Assembly: GCA_047495785.1 (NCBI GenBank)
Contig: JBLDXI010000050.1
Location: 310,001 to 374,000 of the forward strand
Direction: 5' to 3'
Source: Lepidodermella squamata
Lineage: Eukaryota > Animalia > Gastrotricha
DNA: 64,000 bases
Both the position numbers and the translations under genes were made by a program. Shown here piece by piece: positions 60,639-64,000 of the stretch. Each line of letters starts with the position of its first letter. The first letter of the stretch is position 1. The notes under the pieces were generated by a model. That model had not been told where the DNA came from, did no database searches, and worked only from the letters and a program-made list of their open reading frames with translations.

Positions 60639-61403
60639 ATGCCCAACTGTCTAAATATATTGATTGAAGGTAATAATCTTGTTACTCTTAAAAAATATTG
60701 GAATTCGAAGAATTCGAAAATATTTACAGGGAATATTGGATGCGGAAAAGGGAATGCTTCTCTATATACAATGGCCGCTATCAAAAAGCTCTTACTGCCT
60801 AAATTGTCGAGATTGTCACAAGATTGGAAGGTTGAACTTCACAGCGAGCCAGTTAATGAATGGAAGCATATGAAAAACACCTCTGGTAACTTAAACCTGC
60901 TCGACTTTTATTATAAAGACAAAGTGGCTAATGGATTAATTGTCCAGCAATCGATAATCATCGATTATCTTTTCAAATATGCCGGAGCTAACCAGGCGGG
61001 CAAAGTGGTCAATGTGTGGGATAGAAGTTTGCATAGTGCGATTCAGGTCTTTACACGTGCTTTAAGAAGTGACGCTTTGCTTAAACCCGAGCATCGAATT
61101 ATACTTGAAAATCTCACCAACTCTTATGTCTCGAGTTACGAGGGGAAGGTCTATCCAGTAGATTTGACACTGTATATTCGCGTCCCCCCTTCGATCTGTC
61201 TGGAGAGAATAGCTAAACGGGGTAGACCAGAGGAGCAAAAAATTGAACTGTCCTATTTGGAGAGGATACATCAGTTACACGATAAGTGGTTGTACGAGGG
61301 TGAGCACATGTACAACACAGTTACCTTTGAAAACATAGGTCCCCCAGGTAGCCTGCGATGTAAAATTTACGATTTTTTTGAAACATGGTCTCCGAAAATG
61401 TGA
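60639..61403 (+). CDS. Deoxynucleoside kinase (in-frame intron 60670-60729)
   Basis: Removing the 60-nt GT..AG segment restores the P-loop IEGNIGCGK. Also EPVNEW, LLDFYY, WDRSLHS, CLERIAKRGRPEE, HDKWL. Confidence 0.9.
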   Translation: MPNCLNILIEGNNLVTLKKYWNSKNSKIFTGNIGCGKGNASLYTMAAIKKLLLPKLSRLSQDWKVELHSEPVNEWKHMKNTSGNLNLLDFYYKDKVANGLIVQQSIIIDYLFKYAGANQAGKVVNVWDRSLHSAIQVFTRALRSDALLKPEHRIILENLTNSYVSSYEGKVYPVDLTLYIRVPPSICLERIAKRGRPEEQKIELSYLERIHQLHDKWLYEGEHMYNTVTFENIGPPGSLRCKIYDFFETWSPKM

Positions 61404-61643
61404 GCCTTTTTGAGCGTTTTGTTTAGTGGATTGCATGCTTTAAGTATACATTTCTGTTAAAACTTTCATTTATATCATATTCTTCTTATGTTTGCTGTTC
61501 GAAATCCCAATCGACAACTAGAGTAGAAGCTGAATATTCCAACCAAATTTTACAATTTTTAATTGATTTATATTTAATTTAATAAATCCTGTTTTTAAAG
61601 AAATCCATGACCCTTCCTTAGATTAATATTTCGGAAATATAAA

Positions 61644-63098
61644 ATGAAATTGAATCAAGAACAAGAAGTTGCAATGAGTAAAATTACAGCGGCGATTGCT
61701 GAAGGCAAGCCGAAACTCTTTTTCTTGAGCGCGATGGCGGGGTCTGGGAAATCATATTTACTCAAGGCCCTTCAACGTTACTGTTTGGAGAACAAAGTGG
61801 TATACGAATCATGCGCATCTACCGGTATGGCAGGCCAAAGCATCGGCTCGAAAACAATTTTCTCTCACTTTCGTATTGACTACACTAAATAATGGGACGA
61901 ATTCAAGCTTGACGATGCGCCTCAAAATTCAACCCCCGAACAGAAACCTGCTGAATTGTACGGCTCAACCTGCGTGTTGATGATAGACGAAGTAATGACG
62001 CTCAACATTTCCATCTTGCGACAGGTGGACCATTTATTCCGGGATGCGAAGGAAAAACCGAACGAAATATTTGGTGGCATCATTGTTGTATTTTCTGCTG
62101 ACGTCTGCCAGCCGTTTCCAAATAGTTCAGGAATAGTCGCTACTGAAGAATCCATTGTCGGTCGCTCGTTTTTCAAGAGTGAATATTTTGAAAGTAGTGA
62201 AAAGCTGCATTTGCGAAGCTCTATGCGCTTAGATAAGACTGCAAGTGACTATCAAAAGTATGCGAATTGGTTATTGGACTTGGGAATCGGCCGCCTGACA
62301 GGTCCCCAAGTTCTTCTATACGACAATTACCATTTTGTCGACTCCACTTTTGAATTATGTACAAGCGTCTATAACAACTTTCAGCAGAACAAATCTGATC
62401 CAGTCTACTTGACCAAAAGGCTTATCGTTTCCATAGGAAACTCTGCTGTTGAAGCAATGAATGAGTTGTTGGTAAATATAGCCTGTTCACCGTCGGATTA
62501 CCATAAAATAGAGACAACATTCGGAGTTGACTGCGATGTTAGTGCGATTAAAATGGATTATAACGATGTACCCCAGCTCCATAGAGATCGTTTTGAAAAG
62601 ACTTCTGCTCGATTTTTCGCCGATTCACCCGTCTCAGTCGCTGTAGGAAGCGTTGTCTGCATCACAGCAAATTGTGAGGCTCTAGTGAACGGGACCCGAT
62701 TTTACCTAACACGAATTGTTGACCAAGAATTGTATGGAGTCCAACTGCCAGATGAGGCTAAAAAGGGGGAAATTAAGATTCCTCGGCAAACAATTTACTC
62801 AGGCAAAATAAGCAACTCTGCAGGAAATGGATGTTATCGTTTATTCAAAACAAACTACGCATTACGTTTAGGTTACTGCACATCCGTGGCCCGTGCTCAA
62901 GGTGTATCCGTTGAAATCCTCGGAGCATATCTACGACAAGCCCCAGGTCGTGCACATGGAGTTGTCTATGCGGCACTTTCACGAGGGATGCGTTCAGATC
63001 AGACATATGTGTGTGCTGACAAGAAAAGCGACCGTTGGATTGTGAGGGCATGCTGCTTTCAATGTGTAAAGGATTTCCATAACCAGCATGCGGAATAG
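61644..63098 (+). pseudogene. PIF1-like (SF1B) helicase with one in-frame TAA at 61890-61892
   Basis: AMAGSGKS, ASTGMA, TIFSHF, IDEV, FGGIIVVFSADVCQ, SMR, LVNGTR, RAQGVS, HGVVYAALSR. The two track ORFs are in the same frame. Confidence 0.85.
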
Positions 63099-63297
63099 AT
63101 AAAAACAAAATTCTTCTCAAAATTGAAATAAATAAGACTATATTCTGATATTGTAAACTCCTTTCTCACATGCTTCATTCGCACTAGACTTCAATTATAC
63201 ACCTTGTTCGAAGTGCACATTTTACCTTTTACCCAATAAAAAATCACTTCCCTAATTGCAATTTATTTCAAATTTTAGTTGTTAAGAATGATAGAAA

Positions 63298-64000
63298 ATG
63301 GAAGAATTTGAAGCCAGAAACGCCTTTAATGACTTACTCGAGCAATCATGTGTGACGATCGAATATCGTAATTGTACTACAATCGATTCAAGATGGGGCC
63401 TTAGTCGCCATTCATGGGCAGTAACAGTAATGATCGACGAAGACCGAGAGGATAGACTACAAATCGGGGCAGGTAACAGTTCAACAAGTGAGACCCCATT
63501 AGAAATGGTAATTTTTAAAATTGAGAAAAGTTTGAGCGATATTTGCGAATATCTTAAGACTTATTTCGACCCTGAGAGCACAGTAAGGTTAACACTTTAC
63601 AACTCAGCTTTCGTGACACGTGGTGCACTTCGTTTGGGATATACAAAAGTACGCGAGCTTAGTCCCGATGCGATGATAGAATTGTTCGAGCATGTAATGC
63701 AAAGTCATTCAGTAGCTGAATTGAGTGAGGAGTTCAAACTGATCGTAGATTCAGTTGACTTGAAGAGACAGGAGGGGCGAGAGAGAAGATACCGCAACAA
63801 CCTCGAAGGAGGAAGTCCTCGAAAATTCGCCAAAGGATTTGAACAGTATGCACATTTTTTAAGTTCAAAGCCTGGGAAAATAGACATTTGCGGTAGCAAC
63901 AGCTTGTGCCTGCCTGAAGCTGTAATACTAGGTGTTGCCTTTCAGCAGCGGGCAGAGGACGCAGCTCCAACTCGTTACTCTCTTTTTACAAAGTCAAAAA
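63298..64000 (+). CDS. N-terminal (terminal-protein/OTU-like) region of protein-primed DNA polymerase B, running off the window
   Basis: Open frame MEEFEARNAF...LQIGAG...IELFEHVMQS...NSLCLPEAVILG to the window end, not in the ORF track. Position and motifs fit a Polinton pPolB N-terminus; catalytic motifs are not visible. Confidence 0.7.
   Translation, partial: MEEFEARNAFNDLLEQSCVTIEYRNCTTIDSRWGLSRHSWAVTVMIDEDREDRLQIGAGNSSTSETPLEMVIFKIEKSLSDICEYLKTYFDPESTVRLTLYNSAFVTRGALRLGYTKVRELSPDAMIELFEHVMQSHSVAELSEEFKLIVDSVDLKRQEGRERRYRNNLEGGSPRKFAKGFEQYAHFLSSKPGKIDICGSNSLCLPEAVILGVAFQQRAEDAAPTRYSLFTKSK

Larger units (their letters stand above)
50705..64000 (+). mobile_element. Polinton/Maverick (adintovirus-like endogenous virus), left part
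   Basis: AGTAGT at 50705 (typical Polinton terminus), followed by integrase, penton, core protein, hexon, protease, ATPase and the pPolB N-terminus. Confidence 0.95.

Noticed and set aside
61870-61945. Intron bypassing the helicase stop codon
   Set aside because: The nearest GT is phase 1 and the downstream AGs are phase 0, so no frame-preserving intron of plausible size exists.

Overview
This is eukaryotic (animal-like) genomic DNA with short GT-AG introns of about 50-60 nt; the host cannot be identified from the sequence. The first 43 kb holds host genes, many as duplicates: two secreted cationic-peptide-like genes, an intronless class C (GABA-B-like) GPCR, two Cys/Thr-rich secreted genes, two C-type-lectin-like membrane genes, a trypsin-like protease, a truncated PEP-synthase-like gene and a K2P channel. 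These are mixed with transposons whose ends I could place by eye: a complete P-like element with unusual CTTGGG termini broken by one MITE, hAT-type MITEs, a 5'-truncated LINE, a MULE remnant and a Penelope-type hammerhead. From 43.5 kb two nested elements stand out. (1) A piggyBac-like element (TTAA, TIR, decayed transposase) carries cargo genes, including an intronless protein matching the Cys-rich domain of the KAR5/GEX1/Brambleberry nuclear-envelope fusion family. (2) A Polinton/Maverick starts at about 50705 and runs off the window. Its penton, hexon, packaging ATPase, dUTPase and nucleoside kinase genes contain six host-sized spliceosomal introns, and it also encodes a PIF1 helicase, a degenerate dUTPase-zinc-finger fusion and a 116-bp tandem array. 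All family calls are by-eye motif recognition; no searches were run.
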